A stretch of 64,000 bases of DNA from an uncultured Candidatus Saccharibacteria bacterium (GCA_964541305.1 CAZIPE010000006.1:1957-65956), one strand, 5' to 3'; positions 18,614 to 29,077 are shown, counted from the stretch's first letter. Notes: generated from the letters alone by a model not told the origin. Program-made: numbers and translations.

Positions 18614-19258
18614 ATGATCAAAAAAATGTTGCCTTTCGTCTTACTCATCATTCTGTGTGCAACCGGAATCTATGCTGGATTTCAAATTATTGAGGCAGAA
18701 AAAACGCCCAATAAAACAACCGGCGCCAATGTTCCAGTTGCCGTGGATACCACCCAAGTACCGTCGAAAAAAGTTGCACCTGTTCCTGAATTTTATGAAC
18801 GAATCACAAAGAAGAAATTTAGAACATACGTTACCTTAGAAAATTCACCAACACCACCCGAGCGATTTGTCGGCTATCACACGGGAGTTGATGTTGAATT
18901 TGAAGATGTCGAAAAAGACGTACCAGTTAAAGCGATTGCTTCGGGTACGGTGGTCTATAGCGGATACATTGACGGTTATGGTGGAGTGGTTTTGATTACG
19001 CATAAAATAAAGGGCGACGAAAGAACAGTGGTTTACGGTCATCTTGATCCCGCAAGTTTGCCTTTACTGGATAAACGGGTCAAGGCAAATGAACCGATTA
19101 GTGTGCTCGGTGATAATCGCAGTTCTGAGACAAATGGCGAAAGGAAGCATCTCCATTTTGCCATTCTCTCAGACAACAGAATCGATTTCAGGGGCTACGT
19201 CCAAGAAAAAAGCCAGCTCTCAGGCTGGCTCAATCCACTCTCGCTTAATTACGATTAG
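18614..19258 (+). CDS. M23 family metallopeptidase (LytM-like)
   Basis: N-terminal TM/signal segment, plus HTGVDVEF and HLHFAI motifs. Confidence 0.85.
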   Translation: MIKKMLPFVLLIILCATGIYAGFQIIEAEKTPNKTTGANVPVAVDTTQVPSKKVAPVPEFYERITKKKFRTYVTLENSPTPPERFVGYHTGVDVEFEDVEKDVPVKAIASGTVVYSGYIDGYGGVVLITHKIKGDERTVVYGHLDPASLPLLDKRVKANEPISVLGDNRSSETNGERKHLHFAILSDNRIDFRGYVQEKSQLSGWLNPLSLNYD

Positions 19259-19851
19259 CTCACTTGACCAAGTTCAACTCGAGCCATTTGACGAATAACC
19301 ATATTCTCGCCTAACTTAGCTATCTGCTCTTTTAGTAAATCTCCAACGGTCATGTCTGGATTTTTAATAAAGGGCTGATCGAGTAAACATTTTTCGGCAA
19401 AATACTTTTTTAGCATGCCTTCCACGATATTTTCAATCATATTTTCTGGCTTTCCCTCAGCAAGCGCTTTTTCGCTAAATTCAGCCTTTTTGGCATCTCG
19501 CTCATCAGCAGGAACATTTTCAATAGAAATGTATTCTGGGCTAGCCGCTGCAACATGCATTGCAACGTCGTGTACAAAGTTCTTGAAATCATCAGTACGG
19601 GCTACAAAATCGGTTTCGCAGTTTACTTCAACAACTACTCCAATACGACCACTGTGAACATAGGTATCCACCATTCCCTGACGAGCTTCTCGCTCACCCT
19701 TCTTTTCTGCCTTGGTCAGGCCTTTTTTGCGCATTGCTTCAAGTGCTTTATCGAAATCACCATCAACCTCAGTAAGTGCTTTTTTTGCATCTGTCAGACC
19801 AACACCCGTAAGGTTCTTCAGTCGTTTTATATCTTCAATTGATATTGCCAT
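19255..19851 (-). CDS. tsf: translation elongation factor Ts (short form)
   Basis: The start is set at MAISIEDIKRLKNLTGVGLTDAKKAL (UBA-like N-terminus). The gene sits downstream of rpsB, the usual arrangement. Confidence 0.9.
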   Translation of the reverse strand: MAISIEDIKRLKNLTGVGLTDAKKALTEVDGDFDKALEAMRKKGLTKAEKKGEREARQGMVDTYVHSGRIGVVVEVNCETDFVARTDDFKNFVHDVAMHVAAASPEYISIENVPADERDAKKAEFSEKALAEGKPENMIENIVEGMLKKYFAEKCLLDQPFIKNPDMTVGDLLKEQIAKLGENMVIRQMARVELGQVS

Positions 19852-19902
19852 ATCTAATCTATTATTCCTTTCTCGTCCTGAATTCACTTCAGACCGACTT
19901 TT

Positions 19903-20616
19903 TTATTCTTCTACTTTTGCAGTTTTCTGCTGAGCTTTTCCGTCGTTAATTGCTGAAACAACATAGTCAACCAGAAGTTGAATTGCCTTAAGGGCATCGT
20001 CGTTTGCAGGAATGACGTGATCAATAACGCTCGGATCAGCGTTGGTATCTACCACGCCAATAACTGGTACACCGAGACGCTTTGCTTCTTTGACCGCAAG
20101 ATGATCAACCACTACATCGGTAACATATACGAGGCCCGGTTTGCCCTGCAGATCTTTAATTCCACCGTACAGATGATTCATATGATCAATTTCTTCTTGG
20201 AATCGTTGAACCTCAAGCTTGTTGTAGCGGCTCTCGAGCTCACCACTTGCCATCTTATTTTCTAGATCTTTAAGATACTTAATACGACCGTTCATGGTGC
20301 CTACGTTAGTCAGCATTCCACCAACCCATCGGTTCACAACATACGGCATACCTGTATCTTCGGCAGCCTGTTTTACTAAATCTTTTGCTTGACGCTTGGT
20401 GCCCACGAGTAACACTTGTTTACCTTCGGCTACTGTTTTTGTAATGAGTGGCAACACCGCCTCAACTGCTTCAACCGTTTGAGCAAGATCAATGATATGA
20501 TTCCCCGCTCGTTTGCTGTGAATATATGGCGCCATTTTAGGATGCCACCGACTTGTGGTGTGCCCAAAGTGAGCCCCAGCTTCTAATAGTTTTTTAATGT
20601 CTACAGATGTAGCCAT
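19903..20616 (-). CDS. rpsB: 30S ribosomal protein S2
   Basis: The start is set at MATSVDIKKLLEAGAHFGH. The upstream track codons belong to a structured leader. Confidence 0.93.
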   Translation of the reverse strand: MATSVDIKKLLEAGAHFGHTTSRWHPKMAPYIHSKRAGNHIIDLAQTVEAVEAVLPLITKTVAEGKQVLLVGTKRQAKDLVKQAAEDTGMPYVVNRWVGGMLTNVGTMNGRIKYLKDLENKMASGELESRYNKLEVQRFQEEIDHMNHLYGGIKDLQGKPGLVYVTDVVVDHLAVKEAKRLGVPVIGVVDTNADPSVIDHVIPANDDALKAIQLLVDYVVSAINDGKAQQKTAKVEE

Positions 20617-20700
20617 ACATAAATCCTTTCGTTCTTCACGGACGAGCAACCAGCCGAATCTAGAGTTAGATCACAACCAGAAGGATTTCCTCTCCGCTGC
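20617..20700 (-). promoter_or_regulatory. structured rpsB-tsf 5' leader with long-range SD pairing
   Basis: AAAUCCUU (20681-20688) is complementary to AAGGAUUU (20621-20628), which contains the SD AAGGA 8 nt from the ATG. Inner hairpins lie between the two segments. Confidence 0.4.
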
Positions 20701-20747
20701 TTAATAGTTAACTTTTCTACTCTAACAGATTAGAATTAGATAATCAA

Positions 20748-21173
20748 CTATCTACCAGTAGCTCTTGCATAGATTATGACGCCGAAGCCACAAGCCAATA
20801 ATACCAAGCCTATCGCTTGCACAAACGAAACCTTCTCTTTAAATACAAAGTAACTTATGAGTGTCGATATGAAGATAGCACCACCAAAAACTACCGGAGC
20901 CACAATACCAACCTTATTAATTTCATACGCCTTATTAATAGACATCACAAAAAATGCAATCAACATTCCAGCTATAAGTGCGTAAATTACACCTAGTTTT
21001 CCTTCTACTACTAACTTCTTACTCATAATTGGAATGAGCGCCAACATCGGGACAATTGCCGATACTGAATTAACAATTGCTGCGACCAAGGTAGTGTTAG
21101 CATTACGAGAGGAAGCAGCTGCAAATATAATTGCCACACCGTACAATAACATCGCTAAGATTATGTAAATCAT
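20748..21173 (-). CDS. small DMT/EamA-like membrane protein
   Basis: 141 aa with 4-5 TM helices. The family assignment is based on general resemblance only. Confidence 0.45.
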   Translation of the reverse strand: MIYIILAMLLYGVAIIFAAASSRNANTTLVAAIVNSVSAIVPMLALIPIMSKKLVVEGKLGVIYALIAGMLIAFFVMSINKAYEINKVGIVAPVVFGGAIFISTLISYFVFKEKVSFVQAIGLVLLACGFGVIIYARATGR

Positions 21174-21191
21174 TGTACACAGTTTAGCAGA

Positions 21192-21220
21192 TTGACATTA
21201 GTACCCTCAACAGATATAAT
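21192..21220 (+). promoter_or_regulatory. consensus sigma70 promoter for rpmE (TTGACA-17-TATAAT)
   Basis: The plus strand reads TTGACAttagtaccctcaacagaTATAAT. Confidence 0.7.
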
Positions 21221-21294
21221 CAATCAGTTAATTACAAACAGCGACTGCAGACGGCCACTGCTAACCGCTTCAACTTACGGCCAGGAGAACTCCA

Positions 21295-21714
21295 GTGAAG
21301 AAAGATCTGCACCCAACAGACTACCGACCAGTCGTGTTTCAAGACACCTCAAGTAAATTTAGCTTTTTAACTCGTTCAACAGCAGCTACCCAAGAGACTA
21401 TTAAATGGGAAGATGGCAAAGAATACCCCTTAGTTAAAGTTCACATTTCGAGCGCCTCCCATCCTTTCTTCACTGGTGAAGAAAAGATTGTAGATGTTGA
21501 AGGCCGCGTTGATAAGTTTAAGGCTCGAGCACTCGCTGCCGAAAAAGCACGTCAAGCAAAAGTAGATGCTGTAGCCAAGGCTGACGCAAAAAAAGCTAAG
21601 AAGACTCCAAAGAAGAAGGTAGAACCCGCACAAAATTCTAAGGAAGTTCCGGCAGAAAAGATGCTTACTAAAACTCCGGAAGCCAAAGACGAAGAAGTTC
21701 AAGAAGAAGAGTAA
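21295..21714 (+). CDS. rpmE: 50S ribosomal protein L31, type B, with a Lys/Ala/Glu-rich C-terminal extension
   Basis: GTG start. [17 protein letters not shown]...HPFFTG, with no CxxC zinc motif, and about 60 extra charged residues at the C-terminus. Confidence 0.88.
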   Translation: MKKDLHPTDYRPVVFQDTSSKFSFLTRSTAATQETIKWEDGKEYPLVKVHISSASHPFFTGEEKIVDVEGRVDKFKARALAAEKARQAKVDAVAKADAKKAKKTPKKKVEPAQNSKEVPAEKMLTKTPEAKDEEVQEEE

Positions 21715-21725
21715 GCTAATTTAAG

Positions 21726-21765
21726 AAAAACACCGCTTTCATGTATTTGAGGCGGTGTTTTTAGT
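21726..21765 (+). terminator. rho-independent terminator after rpmE
   Basis: AAAAACACCGC (21726-21736) pairs with GCGGTGTTTTT (21752-21762), and the T-run continues. Confidence 0.8.
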
Positions 21766-21777
21766 AGAATGAAGTAG

Positions 21778-22839
21778 ATGCAACAAGAAAATCAACAAAA
21801 ATTACGAAATGAACTCATTCGGTTAGATGAGGAACTAAGCTCACCTGATGCCTTTAACGACCCTAAAGTGGGTGAAAAGAATCGTCGTCGAGCTGAGCTT
21901 GAAGAAATAGTGACAACACTTGATCAAAAAGTATTGTTTGAGAAGCAGTTAGCCGAATCTAACGAAATTTTAAGGGGCAATGATGACGAACTGACCGAGC
22001 TTGCCAAAATAGAAATTCCTGAACTTGAACAAAAAATTGCAGTGACCGAAGAAAAATTGTCCGAGTTATTAACCCCTAAAGACCCGAATGATCATAAAAA
22101 TGCCGTTATTGAAATTCGCGCTGGTGCTGGGGGTGATGAGGCAAGCTTATTTGCCGCAGAGCTACTCCGAATGTATCTTCGCTACTGCGAAACACACGGC
22201 TTAAAAACCGAGATGATGAGTGAAAATACCAATGACACTGGTGGGTATAAAGAAGTTATTTTTGAGGTACGTGGTGTAGACGCCTACAAACAATTAAAGT
22301 TTGAAGGCGGTGTTCACCGCGTTCAACGTGTGCCTGCTACTGAAAGCCAGGGTCGTATCCATACATCAACCGCTACCGTTGCTGTCATGCCTGAAGCCGA
22401 AGAAACTGACGTGGACATTAAAGATGCAGATTTGAAGATTGATACCTACCGCGCCTCAGGTCACGGTGGTCAGAGCGTAAACACAACTGATTCAGCCGTT
22501 CGAATTACTCACCTTCCAACCAACATTGTAGTTACTAACCAAGATGAGAAATCGCAAATCAAAAATAAGCTCAAAGCAATGAGCGTACTGCGCTCTCGCC
22601 TGCTTCAAAAACAGATTGATGAAGCGAATGCAACACTCTCAGCCCAGCGAAAAAGCCTTATTGGCTCAGGTGACAGATCTGAGAAAATTCGAACCTACAA
22701 CTTCCCCCAGGACCGCATCACTGACCACCGCATCACCTACTCTCGAAGCAATATCCCAGCTGCCATGAACGGCGAAATCGACGACATCATCGAAAAACTC
22801 CAATCCTACGAATCTCAACTAGCCCGCGAGAACTCATAA
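21778..22839 (+). CDS. prfA: peptide chain release factor 1
   Basis: PAT (PxT) tripeptide anticodon motif and SGHGGQSVN (GGQ). Confidence 0.95.
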   Translation: MQQENQQKLRNELIRLDEELSSPDAFNDPKVGEKNRRRAELEEIVTTLDQKVLFEKQLAESNEILRGNDDELTELAKIEIPELEQKIAVTEEKLSELLTPKDPNDHKNAVIEIRAGAGGDEASLFAAELLRMYLRYCETHGLKTEMMSENTNDTGGYKEVIFEVRGVDAYKQLKFEGGVHRVQRVPATESQGRIHTSTATVAVMPEAEETDVDIKDADLKIDTYRASGHGGQSVNTTDSAVRITHLPTNIVVTNQDEKSQIKNKLKAMSVLRSRLLQKQIDEANATLSAQRKSLIGSGDRSEKIRTYNFPQDRITDHRITYSRSNIPAAMNGEIDDIIEKLQSYESQLARENS

Positions 22840-23624
22840 TGATAATTTCTAGCCCGAGTAATCCCAAAATCAAATGGGTAAAGAGCTTGCATAAAAACAG
22901 CACCCGACGCAAAGAGGGTGTTTTTTTGGTTGAGGGCGCTAAAGAAATCACTCTGGCATTAGATGGTGGCTACTTGCTACATACATTGTTTGTGTGTCCT
23001 GAAGTTAGCGGGCAGGATTCAACTTTTGCATCATCAAGGTCCGTACCCGATGCATATACTATCACTCGAGAGTGTTTTGAAAAAATTAGCTACCGATCTG
23101 GGAGCGATGGCTTGTTGGCTGTTTTTCAGGCAAAAGAACGAACTCTAAATGAACTGAATTTTAGTGATAATCCCCTTTTTATCGTAGTCGAAGCTGTTGA
23201 AAAACCAGGAAACTTGGGTGCAATCATACGAACCGCAGACGGATGCGGTGCAGATGCGGTTATTGTCTGCGACGAGAAAGCAGATATATATAACCCCAAT
23301 GCTATACGTTCTAGCGTAGGAACATTGTTTACTACACAAATTGCAGTTACAGATAATCAGAGTTTGCTCAATTTTTTAGGGCAGCATGAAGTGTCGGCTT
23401 TTGGTGCAACACTATCGAGTGCATCAAAGCTTTATACAGATGTAGATCTTACTCGCCCGCTCGCCCTTATTCTAGGTGCCGAACATGAAGGATTGAGCGA
23501 ATTTTGGCAAGATAATTCTGAGCCTATTATGATACCGATGAACGGCGTAAACGACTCGTTAAATGTGAGTAACGCGGCGGCAATCTTAGCGTACGAAGTC
23601 GTTCGTCAACGAAACCAAGGCTAA
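22839..23624 (+). CDS. TrmH/SpoU family RNA 2'-O-methyltransferase
   Basis: 261 aa with SPOUT motifs (NLGAIIRTA, LILGAEHEGL, SLNVSNAAAI). Confidence 0.85.
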   Translation: MIISSPSNPKIKWVKSLHKNSTRRKEGVFLVEGAKEITLALDGGYLLHTLFVCPEVSGQDSTFASSRSVPDAYTITRECFEKISYRSGSDGLLAVFQAKERTLNELNFSDNPLFIVVEAVEKPGNLGAIIRTADGCGADAVIVCDEKADIYNPNAIRSSVGTLFTTQIAVTDNQSLLNFLGQHEVSAFGATLSSASKLYTDVDLTRPLALILGAEHEGLSEFWQDNSEPIMIPMNGVNDSLNVSNAAAILAYEVVRQRNQG

Positions 23625-23628
23625 AAAT

Positions 23629-24453
23629 ATGACTATTAGCTCGTGGCTGAATGAAAATATCAGAAAGCTGAAACAGGCTGAAATTGAATCAGCCAGGCTA
23701 GATTGTTTGCTACTTCTCGGTGATGTATTGAAAAAAAAACGAGAGTGGATAGTAGCGCATGATGATACTGAAATTGATATGTCTCATCTGTTGGAGTTGA
23801 ACACTAAAGTTGCTCAAAGATTAACCCGTAAACCGCTAGCCTATGTTCGAAGCACCCAAGAATTCTACGGTAGGAATTTCTATGTTGACGAAGCCGTTTT
23901 AATCCCCCGCCCTGAATCTGAGTCAATTATTAATCTACTACTCACCACTAACCACCAGCCATTAACTACAATTGTTGATATTGGTACCGGTTCGGGCATA
24001 TTAGCGATAACCGCAAAACTTGAACTCCCAGATGCAAAGGTTATTGCATCAGATATCTCCAAGGACGCTTTAGAGGTGGCCAGTAAGAATTCTACAAACC
24101 TACATGCTGATATTGGCTTTGTGAAGTCAGATCTTTTATCTTCGATTCCCGATCTACAATCTTCAATCTTTATCACTAATCTCCCCTACGTCCCAAGTGA
24201 TCTCATTACGTCACCCGAGATTACTCATGAACCCGCTCAAGCTCTGTTTTCAGGTCAAGCGGGTTTAGATTTGTATCAGAAGTTTTGGCAACAAATAGCA
24301 AGCCTGCCCTCGAAACCATACATTGTCATCACCGAAAGCCTTGAAACTCAACATCATTCAATGGAAGAATACGCCAAGCAATCAGGTTATACTCTCTTTT
24401 CAACTGAAGTGTTAGCCCAAAAATTCATAGTGAACCAACCCCACCAATATTAG
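23629..24453 (+). CDS. prmC: release-factor glutamine N5-methyltransferase PrmC/HemK
   Basis: DIGTGSGILA SAM motif and NLPYVP (an NPPY variant). It follows prfA, as is common. Confidence 0.88.
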   Translation: MTISSWLNENIRKLKQAEIESARLDCLLLLGDVLKKKREWIVAHDDTEIDMSHLLELNTKVAQRLTRKPLAYVRSTQEFYGRNFYVDEAVLIPRPESESIINLLLTTNHQPLTTIVDIGTGSGILAITAKLELPDAKVIASDISKDALEVASKNSTNLHADIGFVKSDLLSSIPDLQSSIFITNLPYVPSDLITSPEITHEPAQALFSGQAGLDLYQKFWQQIASLPSKPYIVITESLETQHHSMEEYAKQSGYTLFSTEVLAQKFIVNQPHQY

Positions 24454-24459
24454 TCTCTA

Positions 24460-25707
24460 TTATTGAGCGGGTGCCTTTGCGAGCAGTACCTGAACTTGCT
24501 GTTCTTTTCCATCACGAATTAGCGTCACATTAACTCGTTCACCCACCTTAAAGCGTCCAATAGCACTTGAAAGTGAGTTACGCTCATCTATCTTTACATC
24601 ATTTACTCTAATAATAACGTCTCCACCCTTAATTCCCGCCACGTACGCAGGGCCACCCGAGACAATTGATCCTCGTTCGGTGCTAATATATGCACCATTC
24701 TTACTAGTAAGACCGAGTTCCTGGGCAATATCAGGTGTAATGCTAAGATATCGTACGCCCATATATGGTCGAGTTACCTCTCCTGTAGCTCTGTAGCCTT
24801 CTATGAGAGCTTTGCCCTCACTAATCGGGATAGCGAACCCTACACTCTGTGCGCCCTCAGCAATCGCCGTATTCACTCCAATAACCTCACTGTCATAATT
24901 TACGAGCGGTCCACCTGAATTACCCGGGTTGATTGCTGCATCAGTCTGAAAGAGATTAGATAGCTGCTCACTTTCGCCGTTCCCATTTGTCGCCTCAAGC
25001 GGTCGTCCAATTCCAGAGATAATACCGGTGGTTACGGTGTTTTGAAACTGACCAAGTGCATTTCCTATAGCAATTACTTTCTGACCAACTCGCACCTTGT
25101 CTGAATCACCGAGTTTCGCAGGTACAAGATTCTTTGCGCCGTTGATTTTTATAAGTGCAAGGTCATTAAGCGGATCCCTACCGATTATGTCGACGTTTTC
25201 GTATATTGTTCCATCTGAAAGTACGATCCGAATTTTGTCGGTTCCCACATCAACCACGTGTTTATTGGTAAGAACGAGGCCATCACTATCAACAATAATC
25301 CCTGTTCCCGCACCCTGTTGAATTGAGCGCTGTGCCTGAAATCCATTGCTTACCACTTTTGTCTGCTGAGTGGTGATTGAAACCACGCTCGGTGAAACTT
25401 TCTGAGCGACGTCTGCAATTACTTCACCTTCTTGCAAAACTATCTTACGTTGATTTTCGAGCCCGCGAGGCACAAAGTACTTACCACCAAGAAGCAGCAC
25501 TGCGCCAACAAAAATGACGAGAATTACTGTGCTGAACAGAACGCTCAAAAAGAATCCAGCAACCAGATGGCGATGTGTCACTGTCTTTTCGCTTTTTGCT
25601 GAATTATCTTTTCTTGATTTTCTTGAACCCAATTTACTTATTGAAGGCTCTGTCGATATGCCGACGTTTTCAGATTGTTGAATGTCTTTTTTATCGTTGT
25701 CCTGCAT
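24460..25707 (-). CDS. htrA: HtrA/DegP-family serine protease with PDZ domain
   Basis: N-terminal TM helix, catalytic GNSGGPL, and a C-terminal PDZ domain. Confidence 0.92.
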   Translation of the reverse strand: MQDNDKKDIQQSENVGISTEPSISKLGSRKSRKDNSAKSEKTVTHRHLVAGFFLSVLFSTVILVIFVGAVLLLGGKYFVPRGLENQRKIVLQEGEVIADVAQKVSPSVVSITTQQTKVVSNGFQAQRSIQQGAGTGIIVDSDGLVLTNKHVVDVGTDKIRIVLSDGTIYENVDIIGRDPLNDLALIKINGAKNLVPAKLGDSDKVRVGQKVIAIGNALGQFQNTVTTGIISGIGRPLEATNGNGESEQLSNLFQTDAAINPGNSGGPLVNYDSEVIGVNTAIAEGAQSVGFAIPISEGKALIEGYRATGEVTRPYMGVRYLSITPDIAQELGLTSKNGAYISTERGSIVSGGPAYVAGIKGGDVIIRVNDVKIDERNSLSSAIGRFKVGERVNVTLIRDGKEQQVQVLLAKAPAQ

Positions 25708-25728
25708 TAATCCCCTCCCTATTATTTT

Positions 25729-26511
25729 TTACAGTTGTGTCGTCCACGAAGACGTTGCCAAAATTAGAGCTAGTAGTACTGCTCCAAATATTGCATTTTC
25801 AACCACCACACTCTTATTAACCTTTTCTACCTTATATGCATGATAGAGTGCACCCAAAACACCGGCCATAACCGTTACGATGAGGGCCACATTTGAGACA
25901 TTTAAGCCAAATAACTGGTAGTAACTGATCCAATGAAAGCCTATCCACGCAAGTTGAGCTACTAAAAATCCCCACACCATACTGAGCGCCTTATAATGCG
26001 GCTCTTCGTAGTTGCTTGAAAAGTGTCGCGCAGTTGACCACGCAACCACCCACACCAATAGTATGCCGACAAATGAGTACTCAAGCATAAATGGCATGGC
26101 GAAAATCGTTAGAATACCCAAAAACTGCGACCATAGCGCCTGAACACCGACCATAAGGTCGCTTGTTTGCGGCTTCAAGAAGAGCAACCAACCTAAGTAC
26201 AGAACCATCCAGAATATTGCTATCGCGTCCGATTCTGCTTGGAATAACAAGATGACCGTGCTTAACCCGACAACTATATCCGCTAGGTTCGTCTTGAGGT
26301 TTGGTAGCCAAAAACGTGGTTGAACCGCTAGAATACGCCACTTGCTGAGCAGAACCAGAAAAGCCGCCAGGAATGCAAGATTCCAATAACGCACAAATAA
26401 GAAAAGTACCAGCGCAAAAATGATATTAACGCCCACGTGTAACACATCGCCAATATCAAAACCAGGACGTTTCCCCCAAAATTTTCTCTGTACCTGTAGC
26501 ATAATACCCAC
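25729..26511 (-). CDS. hypothetical polytopic membrane protein
   Basis: 260 aa with about 8 hydrophobic helices. I recognised no motif. Confidence 0.55.
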   Translation of the reverse strand: MGIMLQVQRKFWGKRPGFDIGDVLHVGVNIIFALVLFLFVRYWNLAFLAAFLVLLSKWRILAVQPRFWLPNLKTNLADIVVGLSTVILLFQAESDAIAIFWMVLYLGWLLFLKPQTSDLMVGVQALWSQFLGILTIFAMPFMLEYSFVGILLVWVVAWSTARHFSSNYEEPHYKALSMVWGFLVAQLAWIGFHWISYYQLFGLNVSNVALIVTVMAGVLGALYHAYKVEKVNKSVVVENAIFGAVLLALILATSSWTTQL

Positions 26512-26529
26512 TAATTATAGCATTAAAGA

Positions 26530-28182
26530 CTAGTTTGAAGAGCTATTTGACGCTTTTTGCGCGCCAATAATAACCACGAAATCTGCGTCGTAATTTGCTG
26601 CATCTGGATACTTTGTTTTACTCGTAGTTGCAATGGTGTTAAAGGTTGATTCAAGGAGTTTTTTAGTTGCGTCTTTAGCCGTCTTTGTATCGGTGACAAT
26701 GACTGTGCCGGTACGGTTTGTTGCGTTAGCAACCGCTATAACATTTAACCCCTTCTTCGTGAGCTCGTCGGCTCGTTGTTGGGCAAGTCCGACGGTGCCA
26801 CTGCCGTTTAATACAACAATTTTGGCATCTTCTCTTACCACAGGATCGGTACTGGTGAGTTTCTTAAAGAATTTTTGAATTTGACTGAAATCGCTCAGCC
26901 CCGCCACCGGCTGGACAATACTTTGACCCTGATAATTGCCGGTTGTAAGGAGGTTGATTTCTTCAGAGGCAAGATCAATTGTTGTTACTTTCTTGCTATC
27001 AACCAATTTTGATATTTCATATAAACGTCTCAGTTCATTCGTTTTGAAGTCAGTCTTCACATTTTTACCTGCGGCGTCAAGTAGACCACTTATTTTGGCA
27101 GGATTCGTGAGCGTCCCTGCACTTATCGTTTTGTCTTTGAGCGCAATTAGCATCTGCTGTTGGTAGTTCGTACGGTCAAAGTCACCCCTCGCCATACCAT
27201 AGCCACCTGCAGAATTACGCGAACGCGCCAATGCAAGTGCCGTTTTACCATTTATTTTTTGAACGCCGTTAGCAAGCTTGAGTGGACCGCCGTCTTGAGG
27301 CTGAATGTTAGGATCATACACACCACGCGGGTCATCACTTTTAATGGTAACCTCTATTCCACCCACCGCATCAACGGCCTGTTTGAACGCCGTGTAGTTA
27401 ATTTTTCCGTAATAGTTAATTTTTAGGCCAAGATTATCAGATACAATCTTGGAAAGGAGCCCCATTCCGCCCTCAGGATAGCCTGCTTCATTGAACTTCA
27501 CATCTTTACCACATTGATAGACAACGTTAATTTTACCTTGATAGCCGCTCGCACAGGCTCGACCGTAATCTACCCACGTATCACGCGGTATACTAACCGA
27601 GAACGCCGTGTTATTTTTAGTATCTATGCTTACTACCATTATTGAATCTGTGAGGTCGGCACCTTGATGTCCGGGATCGTCCTCTGATGTTCCAGCAAGC
27701 AATATATTTACGCGCCCAACATCCTCTCCGCGTAGCTTCGTGTTGTCAAAAATTCCAAATACGTTGCCGTCAAAAATCTTACCTGCGTTTCTTAAAAACT
27801 TCCACCCCAAGAATCCGCCTACTGCAATTGCAATAACCAGCAACACAAGTATGGTTCGCTTGATTCTTTGCTTCTTAGTCAGTGGGGATTTTTTGTCTTT
27901 TTTGGATGATCGCTTAAAAATTCCGAAGCGCTTCTTCTCTTTTGTAGGTTTTTCAAGACGACCACCACTCAAATCCAACTCCTCGGGCTCAATTGTAAGA
28001 GTGTCCTCTGCTTTAGTATCAGATTTTTCATGAAACTCAATACCGTTTTCGGCTTTCTGGGCTTTGGGGATACTATTGAGTGTTCGGCGACGAGGCCTAG
28101 TGGAAGGTTCCTGGCCTTTACCAAGTTGTCTTGGCACGAAACCATCTATACTCGTGCGTGGTGTCTTTGATTTTTTTCGCAT
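26530..28182 (-). CDS. LytR-CpsA-Psr (LCP) family cell-wall glycopolymer transferase with C-terminal LytR_C-like domain
   Basis: Basic N-terminus, a single TM helix, and an LCP core (NILLAGTSEDD...DSIMVVSI...IPRDTWV). Confidence 0.85.
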   Translation of the reverse strand: MRKKSKTPRTSIDGFVPRQLGKGQEPSTRPRRRTLNSIPKAQKAENGIEFHEKSDTKAEDTLTIEPEELDLSGGRLEKPTKEKKRFGIFKRSSKKDKKSPLTKKQRIKRTILVLLVIAIAVGGFLGWKFLRNAGKIFDGNVFGIFDNTKLRGEDVGRVNILLAGTSEDDPGHQGADLTDSIMVVSIDTKNNTAFSVSIPRDTWVDYGRACASGYQGKINVVYQCGKDVKFNEAGYPEGGMGLLSKIVSDNLGLKINYYGKINYTAFKQAVDAVGGIEVTIKSDDPRGVYDPNIQPQDGGPLKLANGVQKINGKTALALARSRNSAGGYGMARGDFDRTNYQQQMLIALKDKTISAGTLTNPAKISGLLDAAGKNVKTDFKTNELRRLYEISKLVDSKKVTTIDLASEEINLLTTGNYQGQSIVQPVAGLSDFSQIQKFFKKLTSTDPVVREDAKIVVLNGSGTVGLAQQRADELTKKGLNVIAVANATNRTGTVIVTDTKTAKDATKKLLESTFNTIATTSKTKYPDAANYDADFVVIIGAQKASNSSSN

Positions 28183-28265
28183 AAATTACTCAGGCTAGTA
28201 TAGCTTCTTTTGCGTAAGCGGTAAAGTCGTGTTTTTTACCCTAAACACTGGTATACTTAACCACT

Positions 28266-29036
28266 ATGGAACCACAACAGCCACTTAATCCGAATGATGT
28301 CACTCCTCCTACACCACAGATTGAAGATATCACTTCAGACAGTACGCCTATGCCGAGCATCCCTGAATCAACCACTGTTCCACAGCCACAGCCACAGCCA
28401 CAGCCACAGCCACAGCCACAGCCACAGCCACAGCCAGACCAGTCTAAAACAAAGGATGGTGAGCAACGCAAGGGGGGCGGTATTGTCTCGTTCGCGGTTA
28501 CTATTATTGCCGCTATTCTTCTTACACAAGTGATAAACCTCTTCTTCTTCCAATCATATCGAGTGTTTGGTGAAAGCATGGCTCCAACAATGTCCAATGG
28601 CGACCGTTTGATAATCTCAAAGATCGGTAAAACTACTTCAAAACTCACCAGCAAGCCTTACCAGCCAGAACGAGGTGAAATAATTGTCTTCAAAGATCCA
28701 AGACCGACCGACCTCGAAGAAAAACAGCTTATTAAACGAGTTATTGGACTTCCTGGCGAACGAGTAGTAGTGAAAAACGGTACGATTACTGTTTTCAATA
28801 GCGAGAAACCAGAGGGGTTTAATCCTGATGATGCTGAATATGGCAAAGATCTCCCACCTGGAACGGGTAATATAGATATAACGGTTCCTGAAAACCACGT
28901 ATTTGTCAGTGGTGACAACCGTGAAGGCGGTAATTCACTCGATTCTCGCAATGAACTTGGGACTGTTCCAGAAGAAAACATTATTGGCACCACCTCGTTA
29001 CGCCTATGGCCTCTCGCCGAAGCTAAGTTCTTCTAA
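28266..29036 (+). CDS. lepB: signal peptidase I with an N-terminal (Pro-Gln)9 tract
   Basis: S26 motifs GESMAPTM, KRVIGLPGE and GDNREGGNSLDSR. Confidence 0.92.
   Translation: MEPQQPLNPNDVTPPTPQIEDITSDSTPMPSIPESTTVPQPQPQPQPQPQPQPQPQPDQSKTKDGEQRKGGGIVSFAVTIIAAILLTQVINLFFFQSYRVFGESMAPTMSNGDRLIISKIGKTTSKLTSKPYQPERGEIIVFKDPRPTDLEEKQLIKRVIGLPGERVVVKNGTITVFNSEKPEGFNPDDAEYGKDLPPGTGNIDITVPENHVFVSGDNREGGNSLDSRNELGTVPEENIIGTTSLRLWPLAEAKFF
28380..28433 (+). repeat. perfect tandem hexanucleotide repeat (CCACAG)x9 inside lepB
   Basis: Counted directly: nine identical units, in frame, encoding PQPQ... Confidence 0.95.
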
Positions 29037-29077
29037 AGTATTGCTTTTAGTGCACTTTAGTGTTAATGTAGTATCTT

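Noticed and set aside
28241-28654. 137-aa minus-strand ORF containing a (GC)n tract, plus the 79-aa and 61-aa ORFs across the same repeat
   Set aside because: These are antisense or off-frame readings of the (CCACAG)9 repeat inside lepB. The lepB frame has clear S26 peptidase motifs.
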